DNA of 64,000 bases from Podarcis liolepis (Eukaryota): the NCBI GenBank assembly GCA_965112155.1, contig OZ218101.1; one strand, 5' to 3'. Positions 1-13,940 of the stretch are shown here, one piece after another (positions within the stretch are counted from its first letter, which is position 1; each line of letters opens with the position of its first letter). A model generated the notes under the pieces. That model saw only the letters and a program-made list of their open reading frames with translations. It searched no databases and was not told the DNA's origin. The translations under genes were made by a program, and so were the position numbers.

Positions 1-2232
1 AACGTATTCAACAAGACCAGCCAGTGCTCTAGATAGATCCATAGACTGAATTGCAAAAATAGTGTCAGCTAAGTCAAGGCTTATGTGAGCAACTTGAAGT
101 GCTTAGCAGAAGGTCACAGCATGAGGGTTCTACACCTTTGTGGGTCATGTTGAAAGAAACCCCTATTTGGAAATGATGAACTGGATGATAGGCATGTGCA
201 TCAACCACATGATTTGGTTCAGATTCCATTCAACACTTTGTAAATTAGCTTGATTTGGCTTGGAACAATTCAGAGGCTATTTGAATCCACTTCTTTTCTC
301 CATCCTCATGTACTACTGAGAAATTTTCAGTTGCCTATCGCTTTTTTATCATTTTGACAAAAGTGAATTAAATTTAGAGACATACTAGCCACTTCAAATT
401 ACAGGTATATAGGTTCAGGGACTTTTTTTTGCTGAAACCCTCTAAAATATTATTCTCTCTCACCCCAAAAGGTATCACATATGCCTTTTTTATTTTTTTG
501 GTAGATTTGACTAATTTTGCAGGCAAAATATCCCTTCAGAGGGCATGAATTCTGCCAAATTTTAGAAGGCTATCTGAATTGGCTGTCATGCAAGGTTAGC
601 CATTACAGTTTGGTGGTGGATGAAAAAGGAATCTGTTAAATCTCCCCGAGTGTTTTGTGAGCAGATATTTCAGTTCATTTCCTTCATCTACCCCAAAAAT
701 AAAAAAATATGTCAGGAGCCTTTGTGCTAGGTACCTCTAAAGTTGACTTGGGAGATCTTAAAGGCATTCACTTCCCAGGTAGATTTATTTACTCTGATTA
801 CAAATAGGCCTGTCAGTCATGAAGGCACTGTCCCTTGCCTCTCCCAATCTTAGTATCTTCCTCAAGTTTGGAGGTGTATGTTTCATTCTTGCAAAGCTGT
901 TCCATCCCTCCAACCAATGAGACTGGAGGACACCAATAAACTAGCTATTTTTTAGATCCTCTACCCCAGAATTCTCACCAGAGTAGATGAAAGTGAAATT
1001 TGTGGGATTCTTTTGATAGTCAACAACATTTATAGTCCGAAGTGTTACCATTGCCCAATGCTGTGAATTTTGTTGAATGAAGTTTTCATGGTCACCAATA
1101 CAGCGTCCCATCAGATACATCAGATATCAGGAATGTCTAGTCTAGTTGTATTTTATGAGTACTGCAATGGCCAATGAAAGAGTGAGGCAATTAATTTCTT
1201 CAACCAGATAAAAGCATCTACTTATTTTGAAAGAAACAATAAATGGGATATGCCATTTTGTTTCCCAATTAATATGTACAATTGCTATTGCTGATTCTTT
1301 AGATGTTGATACCTTAAGAGTGGATTCATCATTGTCCACAAGCATAGGAATGTTTTAAATCTATGAGGAAAGACACTGAAGCTGAATTATGAAATAAATG
1401 AGATTTCCAGCTAGATTTGTATTTTGCCTATATTTTGGGAAGCATTAACCTTGGTATGGGAGTTTTATGCCCCATAATTACACAGTCAGCTTATTTTCAA
1501 AAGCTTCTAATCAGATGTTCACATAGCAGTGAGCATGGAAAACATACAGATAAAAGGAGGGCATGCCTTTACATTTACATGGACAAATAGTACTTTCAAG
1601 CCTTCCACACAGATTTTTCTGTTGACATTGTAGATGGGAGGTTTATGTGATCTAGGTCAATGACCTCCTTGTTTCAAGAAAAATGGTTTCTTTTCCTGCA
1701 GTGTTTAACAGACATTGGTGAAGATTAAACACAGACTCTTACATAATCTTTTCATTTATATGGTAAGGAGAGAAACACAGACAATGCATATAGAATGGAA
1801 TTTGAAGGTTTCTAACTGGTATGTTAGTGGCAGTAGAAACTTAGAAAGCAATTGCTGTGCTTATACTGTATAGCGATTTGTGTTTAGTTTAAGTTTAGCA
1901 GGCTAAAATGCTTTTTCAAGTATTTCCAGTATTAGGTTTATGGAAAAAGAAAATACGTTGCAAATCTCATTTGACCATTGAAATTTGTCCTATGTAGTCA
2001 ATGGGAGATATTATCTTTTAGTGGAAACTAGGCCAAGTTAAGGTCAGCAGAATATCAAAATGTTCACAGCCATGGATACCAATCATGAGCCTTTACGGAA
2101 AATGTCTTCATCTTGCTATCTTTGTGCTGTTAGGTATCTTCCACTTTTTGCAGGTAGAATGTTGTCCACTCTTTCAGATAAATATTGGCTTGATCAGTAC
2201 ACAGACAACAGCTTTACATTCATAATGCCACT

Positions 2233-3418
2233 GTTATTTTATTATTTTTATTTATTAAATATTTATACTGCCCTTCGGCTAAAGATCATAGGGTGGCTTA
2301 CAACATAAAAATACAAAATACATAATAAAAAAAAAACAAACCAATAAACTTCCGCCCACAAACACATTTAAAAGTCCATAAGTGTTAATCAGCCAAACGC
2401 TTGGGTCTAGAGAAACATTTTCACCTGACAACTAAAGATATGTAATGAAGGTGCCAGGCAAGTCACCCCGGGGGAGAGCATTCCATGAACTGGAACCTAC
2501 TGCAGAAAAGGCCTGTTGTCATGTTGCCAACCTGTTGCCTAAGATGATGATCGCAGGGTCTAGGTTGGTTCATGTGGGGAGAGGCTGTCCCTGAAGTATT
2601 GTGGTCCTGAGCCATTTATAGGTCAAAACCAGCACTTTGATTGGGTCCAGAAATTAATTTAGAGCCAGTACAGCTGGGCCAGGATCAGTGTAATATGCTC
2701 AAAGTTGTCTTGCCCCAGTGAGCAACCTGGCCACCCAATTCTTCCGAACCATCTTCAGAGGCAGTCCATGTGCATATAATACATTGCAGTAATCTGAGCA
2801 TAGGCAACAGAAATTAGGATATCCCTGTCCACATAGGGGTCAGCTGGGCCACCAGCCGAAGCTGATGGAAGGCACTCGCCACCACCAAGGCCACCTGAGC
2901 CTCAAGTGACAGGAAAGGATCCAGGAATACCCCCAAGCTATGTACCGGCTCCTTCATAGGGAGTGTAACCTCATCAAAGGCAAGCAACCTCCCATCAATC
3001 CAGTCTAGGGAACCACCCACTAACAGTGCCTCACTCTTAAATGGATTGAGTATCAATTTGTTGGCTCTTATCCAGTCCATTACCAAGGCAAGACAATGGT
3101 CCAGCACACCCACTGCCTCACCTGCAGATTTAAGGATATTTAGAGCTCTGTAGTCAGCAGATTGCTGGCAACTTACTCCAAATTTCAGGTGACCCGACTC
3201 AGCATTTTCATGTAGATGTTAACAGTATAGTGGATAAAAATGAATCCTGAGGAACTCCACATTGAAGCTCCCTTGGGGCCGAAGAACACTCCCCAAGCAT
3301 CGCCCTCTGTAAATGCCCATCAAAGTAGTACTGAAACCAAAGGGAAGCAATGCCACTTACCCACAACTTGGAAAGTCACTCCAGAAGGTTACCATCATCA
3401 ATGGTGTTGAAAGCCATG
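2233..3418 (-). mobile_element. Degenerate L2/CR1-superfamily LINE (RT C-terminal half and 3' end)
   Basis: Minus ORF 2814..3113 (WIRANKLILNPFKSEALLVG...VHSLGVFLDP) is homologous to the L2 at 37518-38685; AT-rich tail near 2235. Confidence 0.85.
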
Positions 3419-5791
3419 GCCTAAGGACCAAAGGCCTTTCTCATCTAACATCCTGTTTCCCACAGTAATCAACCAGGTGGCTTTGGGAAGCCCACAAGCT
3501 GATGACCTAAGTAGCTGAACTCTCCAAATTATGGGGAGAAATTGAGATGAGTAAGCGTTTCTAGTTCTGTCCCACAGACAGGTGCAAGGAATTTAGCAAA
3601 CTTGGGCATGAGTATTTTCTAGGATCTACTGCCTGAAAAACCATTCTGTACTGAATATAATTGAGACCATTATTCCCCAGTAACTGTGTCTCTGTGTGTG
3701 TAAAGCAAAGAAAAGCAACAACAAATATTTAAATAAAACTGCCAAATTTTGTGCAGCAAACTCCTGCTAACCAGGAACAAGTACGTTTGGTGAGTGTGTT
3801 GTATTTTAAGTAGAAAGCCTGTTGATTCAAGAAACTTCACTGAATGACAAATGGCTCAATGGGTTATCATTAAATATCCTGACAAGCTTTCTTGCTTACA
3901 TGAATGTGTCATGCAAATTACATTATTAATAGCACAGATTTCTTTCAATCTAGATACTATTGGTTTGGGGGATGGAGAAGTACTGATTTAGCTCACACTA
4001 CCCCTTTTGTTTCTTTAACTGGACAGTTCTATTCATCTGTATTTTCAAAGTATTCCGTAGTGCTTTACCTCAGCAGTTCTCACTTAATCAATGGCAGCTA
4101 GAGGTTAGGACCTCTGCTTTGAAAATGTACTTTGTAGATTTCATTTATGTGTTTGCCAACTTTCCCCCCTCTTTTTAATGCTCATGGATTTTGCTACAGA
4201 AAATGCTGACTTTTCTGTCATGGGAGTGAGAGAACAATGCAAAAATATATGTCTGCATAAAGGTTTTCCTTATGGATAATGTTGCATCTAGGATAAATGT
4301 CAATTAAGTAAGATGTTATAAACTGTTTAGAGGGCCTCTAAATGGAAAAGCAGCCTATATATTCAATTAAGAAGAAGAAAGTGATAGGACTGTGGGACTA
4401 TTTCAAACCACACTAGAAATGCCATCTTAAACCAAGGGATTCCAGGTACTGTGATGCATATTAAAATGGACTACCACTGCATGTGGAAACTCTCTTATAA
4501 AATGTGCAGAGAGTTGTCCACATTATGAAACATTATAATTTTATTTTAGTACTGAAATTTCAATTAAAATTACCAAATACTGTTTTCTACGGACATTTGT
4601 CACACAATATGTTTAATTGTGTTGTGCTGGCAGTAGCAAAAACAAAAACAAAAAAGCCATGTTTTTTAGCTAATAAATGGCATTTATTAGCTAAAAAGCA
4701 CACTATTTTATTTTTTGCTATATTTAAAATGCCCACTATGCTTTTAATTTTTTTTTTTACTATATTTGTTTTATTAAATACTAAGTACACTTTCATAACT
4801 CACAATTTATAAAGTATACTATACATGGGGAAAAGTGTGGAATAGAAATTTAATAAATAAATATTATAATTATATTGATTTTAAAAATATCACCATACAA
4901 ACCCAATATACAGAAAATATTGACAAACCTTACATTCTTCTATACTCTCATCTAGAATAATGTTATTTATCCATTTCCACTGCATGTCACATCTTATCAG
5001 ATATTTCTTATGATGCAATACCAAATTTGATTTACAATAGCTGGCATAAGCAATTGTTGCCACTGAGAATAAATTTATAGTTTAAAAGTGTACTTTATTG
5101 ATAGCCAGGAAGAATACCCAATAAAATCTGCTTCATTTCCTTTCTGAGCCTACAATATGTCAATTATTATTTTCCATAATAATCTCCTAAATTCCTGAAA
5201 TATGTGGTCCTGCCATACATTCTCCAGTATGTATTACTTATAGCATATTTACAGTTGTGAAATGCATTCTGACTTATAAATCCTATTTCATTGTTGTGGC
5301 AGAAGGTAACAACTCTAAATAATCTTCAGCTGAGTTTTCTTTAAATGTAGATAACTTGGGTGGACCCATTAAAAGCAACGGCCATTACTAAGATTCATTA
5401 ATCTTAGTGGGTCTACTCTGAGTAATACTCAGATGACTACCACATTCTTTATCTATATTAGGAAGGCAAAGCTTCAATTTGTCTGCTCTCACATCATAAT
5501 TCTCATTCAGTTGTGCAAAAACCAGTATAGCATTGTTGGAAACTGCCCAGGGTGGCTGGGGCAACCCAGTCAGATGGTGTGTGTGTGTGTAATTAAGCTT
5601 TATGCCTCAATAGTGAACAAAATTATGTGTGCTCTATACCATTGAATCTGGCCACCATACTCCTGTCTCTTCACAACACAATCTTCACAAACACAGCAAT
5701 CTCCAGAGGAATAACCATGTTACTCTGTTGTACCAAAAACAACAAAGAAAGTTGTGACATCTTGAAAGACTAACAATTAATATAGTATAAT

Positions 5792-6175
5792 TGTTTATAA
5801 GGACATTTCACCCTGATGTCTGCGCATCACTCAAGGTAGCTTACACTAATTAAAATTACAAATTCGCAAAACCACAGCATCAATAAAATGCAATAGAATC
5901 AGGCATGAGAGATAGAAACATCATTCCAATCAAAATATTATATACCTGACAAAAGCCTGAGGGAATGGAAGATCTTCACTGGACAGCAGAATACAGTGAA
6001 ATGGTGCCAGCCAAACCTCATTAAGCAACTTGGGTATATCCACTCCCTCTAGTAACGGACAACAGCTTTCACCATAAGTGGAACACAGAGAAGGGCCTCT
6101 CCACCAGATAGGAACAAGTTGATGACTGGCATGGGAGGAGGTGGTTCTCAAATTGCATCCAGGAATATCCATTAG
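5792..6175 (-). mobile_element. Old L2-like 3' fragment nested in the Penelope-like element
   Basis: Similar to the 3' ends of other L2 copies here (aaaagcctg..., cacagagaagggcctct, ...gtggttctca). Confidence 0.5.
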
Positions 6176-6191
6176 TTACAAGATGAAGTTA

Positions 6192-6360
6192 CCGTATTTT
6201 TTGCACCATAACACTCACTTTTTTCCTCCTAAAAAGTAAGGGGAAATGTCTATGCGTGTTATGGAGGGAATGCCTACGAGTGGCATGCCTACGGATTTTC
6301 CTCCTCTAAAAACTACGTGCGTGTTATGGTCGGGTGCGTGTTATAGAGCGAAAAATACGG
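6192..6360. mobile_element. Tc1/mariner (pogo/Tc2-like) MITE
   Basis: Terminal inverted repeats (TIRs) ccgtatttt...aaaatacgg with TA on both sides (6190-91, 6361-62); CpGs retained. Confidence 0.85.
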
Positions 6361-6899
6361 TATCTTATATCTGAAGATGTGGACTCTACACTATGAAAAC
6401 TCATGCCACAGTACATTTGTTAGTCTTTCAAGTGCCACAAGATTCTTTACTGTTTAAAATACAGCATTATTCCTTTTGCTTAACAGTCTCACTGCTTCAC
6501 CTTAATTTTATTCTACAGACATCACCTCTAGAGTAGAGAGAGGCAGTCTTCATGCATTGTCATATACTTCTGTCTGTCAGAACAAATGGTAAGTATGTCC
6601 TCTAGAGATTTCACTGAAACTATTAATTACTTTCACTTTCCCCTTGTAATTTTCATCACTGCTAACATAGTTCAGCTAAAAAAAGAGAGAGACTCTAATC
6701 AATACAACACTGACATATGAAATGGGGTTGCTTGTTTTTAGTTAAAGGGTTTCATAAAATGATCTTGTAATTGTTGAGTTTACTAAAAATGATCTCGTAC
6801 TTGGGGTTACATAAAAAATATATCGTATACCTCTCAAAAAACATCTCAAAGAACAGCTAGGAAAGGGGACAGAAAGGGTATTTGTTTGTGATTAAAGGT

Positions 6900-7730
6900 A
6901 TCAAATGCTGGAAAGTCGGTTTAGAGGAAAGGCAAGTAAGGGGTAACATGATAGAAGTGTATGAAATCATATGCCATGGAGAAAATGAAAATGTTTTCTC
7001 TCTCTCTTTCATAACATTAGTACTCAGATATGAATGTTGAAAGACTCAGAACAAACTAAAGAAAGTACTTCTTCACACAGTCAGGGGCATAGAAAGGAGG
7101 GTGCGGGGGTGCGGTCCACCCCGGGTGTCATCTCTGAGGGGGTGACAAAATGGCATGGGGGCGGGGGCGGCACTTACCGTGAGGCCTGGCCTGCAGCATA
7201 CCCGAGCCATGCGTCTCTCCTGGGAATGACGCGGCAGCTCAGGGCCCTGCGCTGCCCGAAATGGCATGGGGCTTGTGCACGCCAGGCGGACGCCATGGGC
7301 AGCTTGCCATGGCGCCCCCCTGGGCGGATCACTGCGGCGTCCCCCTGGGTGGATCACCCTGCCCCCAAGGGGTGGCTCACCCCAACCCCACCACTCTGGG
7401 TGCTGGAGCAGCTAGCTATGCTCCTGCACACAGGACATAGTTTAACTATGGAATTTGTTCCCACAAAAGTCTGTGATAGCCACATTTAACATAAAATTAG
7501 ATAAATTCATGGAGGATGAGGCTACCAGTGACCATTAAACCTTAAGCCTTTGTCTCACCTCCACTGTCAAAGGCAGTATGCTTTTACATGCCACTTGCTG
7601 GAAACTGCAGAAGAGAACAGTGCTGCTGCACACAGTTCCTGGTTGCAGGCTTCCTATAGGCATCTGGTTTGCCACTAGGAGAACAGGATGCTGGGCTAGA
7701 TGGGTCAAGCAGGCTCTTCTTATGGTCTTT
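6900..7730 (+). mobile_element. CR1 LINE 3' portion, interrupted by a hAT MITE
   Basis: CR1-type sequence (aggggtaacatgatagaagtgtatgaaatcat; aaagtacttcttcacacag; aacaggatgctgggctagatgg...tcttcttatg). Confidence 0.8.
7082..7426. mobile_element. GC-rich hAT-type MITE inserted in CR1
   Basis: TIRs caggggcatag / ctatgctcctg (10/11); 8-bp TSD cacacagt / cacacagg. Confidence 0.85.
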
Positions 7731-9889
7731 AATAGTACAATTTAAGGTAATATCATTGTATGGAATCCACTGCCAGTATCACACTGACATTGCATATCCA
7801 TTCTCTAGTCAGTATAGATGCTTGTGTTTGTGTATGCATAGATGTGTTCACCAATGTACTGTAGCATCAGTCTATTCTCTGCACCAGTAATTTCGGTTTG
7901 GCAGATAGAAAAGGCCGGCAAGAACTTTGACTCCTATTTCCTGCTTCCTTGAAGTGGTTGTGTTACTCTTTGCCAGATTTGGTCAATTTACCATGGTACT
8001 GCGTTGTACATTTCAACATTCCAGAACCCCACACGTTGACCAACTGCTTGGGATACATATGGGGTAGATTTGAAGGCTTTTCTGTATAGGAATGGCATAA
8101 CTGTAATACAGCAAGTGTGAGATGGTCTTCTTGTACACACATACTTCCCATCACTAATTTGTATTCAGACCTTTTTTTCCTGTGTCACACCAGCTGCGTA
8201 TAACTTTAAATTATACTATTTCAGTTACATTTTAGCTTAATTAAGTGCTAAGTGCAAAAAAAAGCAAAAATAAGTGCTAGGGCAAGTACTGTCAAATTTA
8301 AATTTAACAAGTCAAGGTGACTACAAGAGTATTATCTGCAATGGTTCCCAGCTCTCAGTTTTTTTGATGACTTAATCATGAAATATTAAGCAAATGTTAT
8401 TGGGAATTACTTCGAGCTTTGGAACACCTCTGAGACTAGTGAGGCTTATTTTACCTTTCACTGCAACTGCTTCTTAATAATTTTACCTTATGGCTATTTA
8501 TTACGGGTAAACAAAGAACAATGTCTACTTTTGCATAGTGATATAGCTTAAATAAGCATTTTCTTGAAATATTATGATCAATTATACATATTTTAAAAGA
8601 TTGGCTTGTAGGAGTAGAAATGAATACATTTCCTGGAATGTTGAGAAAGAGATCAATCTGCTCCAGTAAGATTTGAATTTTTGATGAAAGATCTGTTTTT
8701 AGAAAAGTGATCAGAATATAGACACTTTTCACAAACAGTATGCAGGATAAGTCCATGTTTCTAACTTTTTGTTTTTAACTTCGTGCAGTGTGGGATATAA
8801 CCAAGTAAAGTGATGTGTTCTTAAATATAGCGAATCACCCTTCTTGCCATACAGAAACATAGCATGCAATCTTCACACACTCTTCAGAGGAACATAGACA
8901 CTCCAGTGTTGTAACCATGGTAGGAACAGCTTTTGATGAGCATAGCATTCTTAACATTTAAAACATTCATAATATGAGTCAGATGTTGAGATGCTGTTTA
9001 GTAACTTTTTAGCAACATTTACTTAGCCGCAATCCTAACCATGTTTATGCAGAAACGAGTCTCACTGAATTCAATGGGGCTTACTCCCAGTCTGAATCTA
9101 ACTACATTGGCTTGTAATTGTTTATCAAATGATAATTGGTGACAATTGGTTTCATATTATCAAGCAATAAGTCTACTTACCTAACCACACATAAACAACA
9201 CTTACAGAATGTGATATTATTTAGGTGAGACGGTTAAATAATAATTCCGTGAAACATTACAGAATATTACGGTAGACACTGTGACTGCATTTTGACATTT
9301 TTAAAAAGAGCAGATCAATGTGAAGTGCTACATTTAACAGTTAGAAATATTTCAGTGGCTCCCAATAAAAAGTATTAAAAGATATCTTATTACAGATTTA
9401 TTGACATGCATTCCCTTAAAGCATTCATTTGCCACTGAAGAGTATATTCCTCACTTCCTTTAAGTTCCTGAAGTGCAAGTGACAGGGTTCCTCCTGATTC
9501 ACTTAATGGGTCCAGACTATTAAGTAGCCCTTTAAGTCCTGTTTCCCTTTGTAATACAAAGGCAAAGCAACAAAACTAACAAGAAATGTTAGTTTCGGTG
9601 TTTCAGGATTCAAATGTAAACATTTGTTGTATAAAATCTCATAACTGCAACACATTATATTGTACTTTACAAACATATGCCTCTGCTTTCTTGAACAATG
9701 ATGCCGCGGGGGGCTGGTTGCAAGGGGGCAACTGTCCCCCAATCAAGTAAATAGATAAAAATACTTAACTAACTGACCAGTTGTGTCACAGATACTCAGT
9801 TCTGCCTCCCCTAACATAAAGCCTGCCCCCACAATAAATCCTGGCTATGCCCATGTTCATTATATATAAACTATGTACAGTACTCCTTC

Positions 9890-10690
9890 AGTAATACTTG
9901 TGGGATCACCTTATTCCCAATGTGTCCACTCAGCCACTTCAATCTAAGCCACAGGCACGGTTACAGGTGCCACATGATAGTCAGTCTGCATCTGTGAGAA
10001 ATAGATATTTTAACATGGCAGCACTTTGGAATTCACTGCCTATTGACATCAGGCAGGTGCCTTCACTTTTCAGCACCTCCTTAAAACATTTTTTCTTTAA
10101 GCAAGCCTATCAGACACATAGATGTTGCAAAGTTTTTATTTTTTGGTCTATATCAGAGTTTGTTTGCATGGGTGTTGAGGGGGGAAGCAGAAAAGTAGGC
10201 GGACTTCCATAGAAGAGACAGAAGAAATGAAGACGGTCTTACAACAGAAGCCTCTGGAAGTAGCTCCACATGGTAGCCATAATAATGTATAAAGTTGCTT
10301 GATTGGATAGTCTCCATGCAAATGCCAGCTATCATTCAAACCTACAAGGCTGCTGTGAAGACTCTCAACCCAACAGGGTGATCTGCATGGTGAACAATTC
10401 CCCAATTATGGCATGCCCTCCCTAATAAGGCTAGTTTGTCACCTACATTGAGATCCTTTCAACACCAATACTTTTTTGTTTATTCTCCTAGGACTTTTAG
10501 GACCTTTCTTCTCTCTTTTTTATTGCCCTTGGGACAGATTATTTCTGCTGGGTTTTAAATGTTCTTATGCTGCCTGTGCTGGTTTTGGGACAATGATGTT
10601 TTTTTAAGAAACATTTTAAATGCTTAATTTGAACTCTGTGAGAAACTGGCCAGATGACTTTATTGACTGGGCGGTCGACAAATGTACTAA
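9890..10690 (+). mobile_element. Two adjacent degenerate L2-like 3' fragments
   Basis: ORF 9898 contains ...FNMAALWNSLPIDIRQVPSLFS, similar to the L2 C-terminus (APALWNALPSDVKE); a second decayed 3' end follows from ~10270. Confidence 0.55.
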
Positions 10691-11354
10691 ACGCAATCAT
10701 TCCACCAAAAAGAGGAAGCTTCTGCCTGGCAGTACTAATACAAGAACTAGCATAAAGCCTTGTCCAGTTCTAGAAACTTGGCTCCTGGCCACATTACTCA
10801 CCAGCTCAAAGAGATGGAAAACATGCACACTCACCAGAAGTCACAGTCCAGCTGCTGCCAAAGGCCAGACTCCCCTCCAGTGACTTCATCATTTCCCAGA
10901 AATAAGGTAACTGGTAGCCTGTAAGGGCTGGCAAAGATAAAGGAATGATAATGGAACTTCTAGGCCCCAGGAGTTAAAACATCCTTTCTCTTTGAGAATA
11001 ATGGCAGCAGGAGGCACAGTAGCAGCGGATAGCAGGAAATGAGCTCCCACTTAACATGCTATAGGAAGCAAATAGGGGATAATCTGTGCTGAGCAGCAGT
11101 GCCATACCAAGAATCTGACTGCATCTTCCACCCCTGCCTGACAGTTCTGCAAACCCAGGTGGTATTCGTCCTGCAAGGTTGGATTTTTGTATTCAAGTTT
11201 TGTGGAACTGCTCATATTGCCCTTTCCATGGCATGACTGTCAATCTACAGAAGTAACAAGAGTGTGTGAGTTACAAGACAAAATATAAGTTCACAGTTAT
11301 CAGCTTTTTTCCTGAAATATGTTCCAGGGAAAGCTGGTATGTGCTTTATGAATT

Positions 11355-11540
11355 ACTTGGATGAAATTTGCAGATGATACCAAACTGGGAGTGGTAGCTG
11401 ATACTGCAAAAGATGTGATCTTAACAAACTCAAGAACTAGGCCAAAACTAATAAAAATGAGTTTCAACAGGGACAAATGTAAGATTCTGCAATTAGGCAG
11501 AAATAATCAGATGCACAAATAAAGGCTAGGGGACACACTA
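11355..11540 (+). mobile_element. CR1 RT fragment
   Basis: aaatttgcagatgataccaaactggga encodes KFADDTKLG; FNRDKCK motif downstream. Confidence 0.8.
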
Positions 11541-13809
11541 TTAGTTCCCTTGATCTGGACACTATACTTCTGTCTCTGCCTCAATACAGTACAGGGCATC
11601 CAAGGATATGTACTGCCTCAGTACAGGGCATCCAAGGATATAAATGAAAGGTAATAAATAAATTACAGTAAAACCCCTTTAGTGTTTTTCTCACCGAGAA
11701 ATAAATATATTGTACCATTTTGCAATGACATTTCCTACATTTAAATAGTTATAGGCTTCCTGATTACTTCAATGATTTGTTTCTTTAATTTTAACAGTAA
11801 TTAACAAAGAGGTATTTTTTCCATTTGTGAAATTAAGCAAGCATAATTTATACATTTATTTTCAAACAGCTAAAAGAACTTTAAATCTCATCTCCCTTCA
11901 GAAGTCAGCGTAGCTTCCTTGATTCATCTTAATGTTAATTTAATTTACTGGATTGCTCCACCTGGCTGATTACAGTTCTTTTTTTATTTCCAAGTCAGGT
12001 GCTCTAGGATGTATGACATTGCAGGCTTCCCCTCAAGCCGTGAGACTTTATCCGTCCAGAACAGCATCTTGCTAGCTGTTCTTGGCATCACTGACTATCA
12101 TGTTTCCAGAATGTAGCTTACTTCTGTGAAAGTTCTGAACTAATTCTTAACTGAAGGACATTTCTCACCACAGTACTAGTGGACTGATAATCATGTACCT
12201 CTCCCTCAAGTCAAGGACTTACATATGTAAAATTAAGTGTGTTTCTTACAAGATGATCTGCCCTTTGAGAATGCCAATCCTTTCACAGTTCTTACTTTTG
12301 AGTATTTAAAAGGGTTACATCTTGGTTTACAGATGCATGTCCTTCAGATTTGATGAGAGGCATGTGCTTTGTACCTCTGTATGAAAATATAACTTGAGGA
12401 CCCGTCCTGGAAGCCAATAAAATCTGGTGGCACGTTGTTGAATCAACATTCAAAAATCTGACTACTGCCAGACCTCATTGGTCACACCCAGACAACATGG
12501 GTTCAACTCCCTTATCAGCTAAAGACTCAGTGGATAACCTTAAGAAAGTTACTTGAAAACCACAATCTTATTGGTTGTTGTGTGAAGATAAGTAAGATAA
12601 GACTTACAAAGCATTTTATGCTTTCATCCAATTCCAAATATCCTCCCATGGTAGTAAATTTGACTGCTACAGTCAGAATGAGTAACTTCCAAATAAAACT
12701 TTATGAAGATTTGGCTACCACGGTGCTATACACAAACATTTCTCAGTTAAGTTGCACATTGCCTTTTAAACTAAATAGATATCCTGCATGTCCATCTTGC
12801 CTAGAAGCTTCACTGGGTTTACTGGCTAATACATTAACACTGAGCTACCTCCTATACAAACACGCACCCGGTTTCATACACCCCTTCTCCTTTTACACTT
12901 TATTTACAGCTGTGGACTCACAAAATTTGAGGACTCATAATCTCACTACTCCATAACTGACAATCTTTAATTATCCTAGACTGTTTTTTGAAAAAGAAAA
13001 GTCAAATAGCTTAAACATACACATAAAACAGGCTAGTCTCTCATGGATCTGCCTGTCTGCCAAATATAAAAAATATGACTATAGAAAATAAATTGTGTAT
13101 CCTGCATGAAGAATAAATGTTTTGTTCAAATCATGGTACACAGTATTTCTCCCTTCACTTGTTTTTAGTATCACAGTTTTTAAAAGATAAATCATAAAGT
13201 CATATAAAAAATTTAGGCAGAAAACCGAATTACACTGGCAGTGAAAAATTGTATGGCCAACACATCGATTCTAATTTGAAAGCATTTCTGGAGACAATGC
13301 AAAATGTAATTCTATTGCTGAAGTGAGACAAGGCCATTCTCAGACAAAACTAATACAGAAGTCCTACAAATAATATTGTTAATAATCCACTGATATGTAT
13401 AACTGATGACAATAGTGTTGACAGTATTATATTGGAAAATAGAACCATAGCTTGATGGGAGCATTCAGTCCACTAGTAGAGGCAGAGCAGCAGCTCTAAT
13501 GCTGTTAGAATTGCAACTGCATTGTAGGAAGAATTCATATGAACTGACATCTTCATAAATCAGGAACTTCATGGAAGAGCACTTGGGCAATAAACTAAGG
13601 AATTAAGGAATTACCACTAAGGAATCTTAAAATGAAGTGAACAAATATATGGCTGCATAAATATAGCTATGAAAGCAACAGTGACATACAGGTGGGTTAA
13701 TTGTTTTACATGGGAGGAACTACGCATAACAGAACTTACGTGTATCATTTCACAAAATGTCCAGTATTTCTGTCTACATTGGACTTTGCTTACCACTGAA
13801 TTGCAGCTT

Positions 13810-13940
13810 AGCAACCATAAAGCTCACTGGGGTAGGCTTGGGCCAATCACAGCCTCTCCATATATCCTACCTCACAGTTGATAATAACACAGGAAGTAAA
13901 ACCTGAGTTCCTTAGAGGAAAGGTGAGTTACAGATGTAAA
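13810..13940 (+). mobile_element. Degenerate Squam3/MIR-like SINE fragment
   Basis: ccataaagctcactgggg...cttgggccaatcacag...ctacctcacag...tccttagaggaaaggtg resembles the copy at 28589. Confidence 0.5.

Larger units (their letters stand above)
5710..6455. mobile_element. Penelope-like inverted-repeat element split by nested insertions
   Basis: 5735-5780 (aacaacaaagaaagttgtgacatcttgaaagactaacaa) is an imperfect reverse complement of 6413-6455, resembling reptile Penelope-like terminal repeats as recalled; CTGAAGA...GAAA motif at 6371-6398. Confidence 0.6.

Noticed and set aside
9700-9855. Possible hAT MITE ending in cctggctatgcccatg
   Set aside because: Only one terminus is recognisable and there is no TSD, so boundaries cannot be supported.
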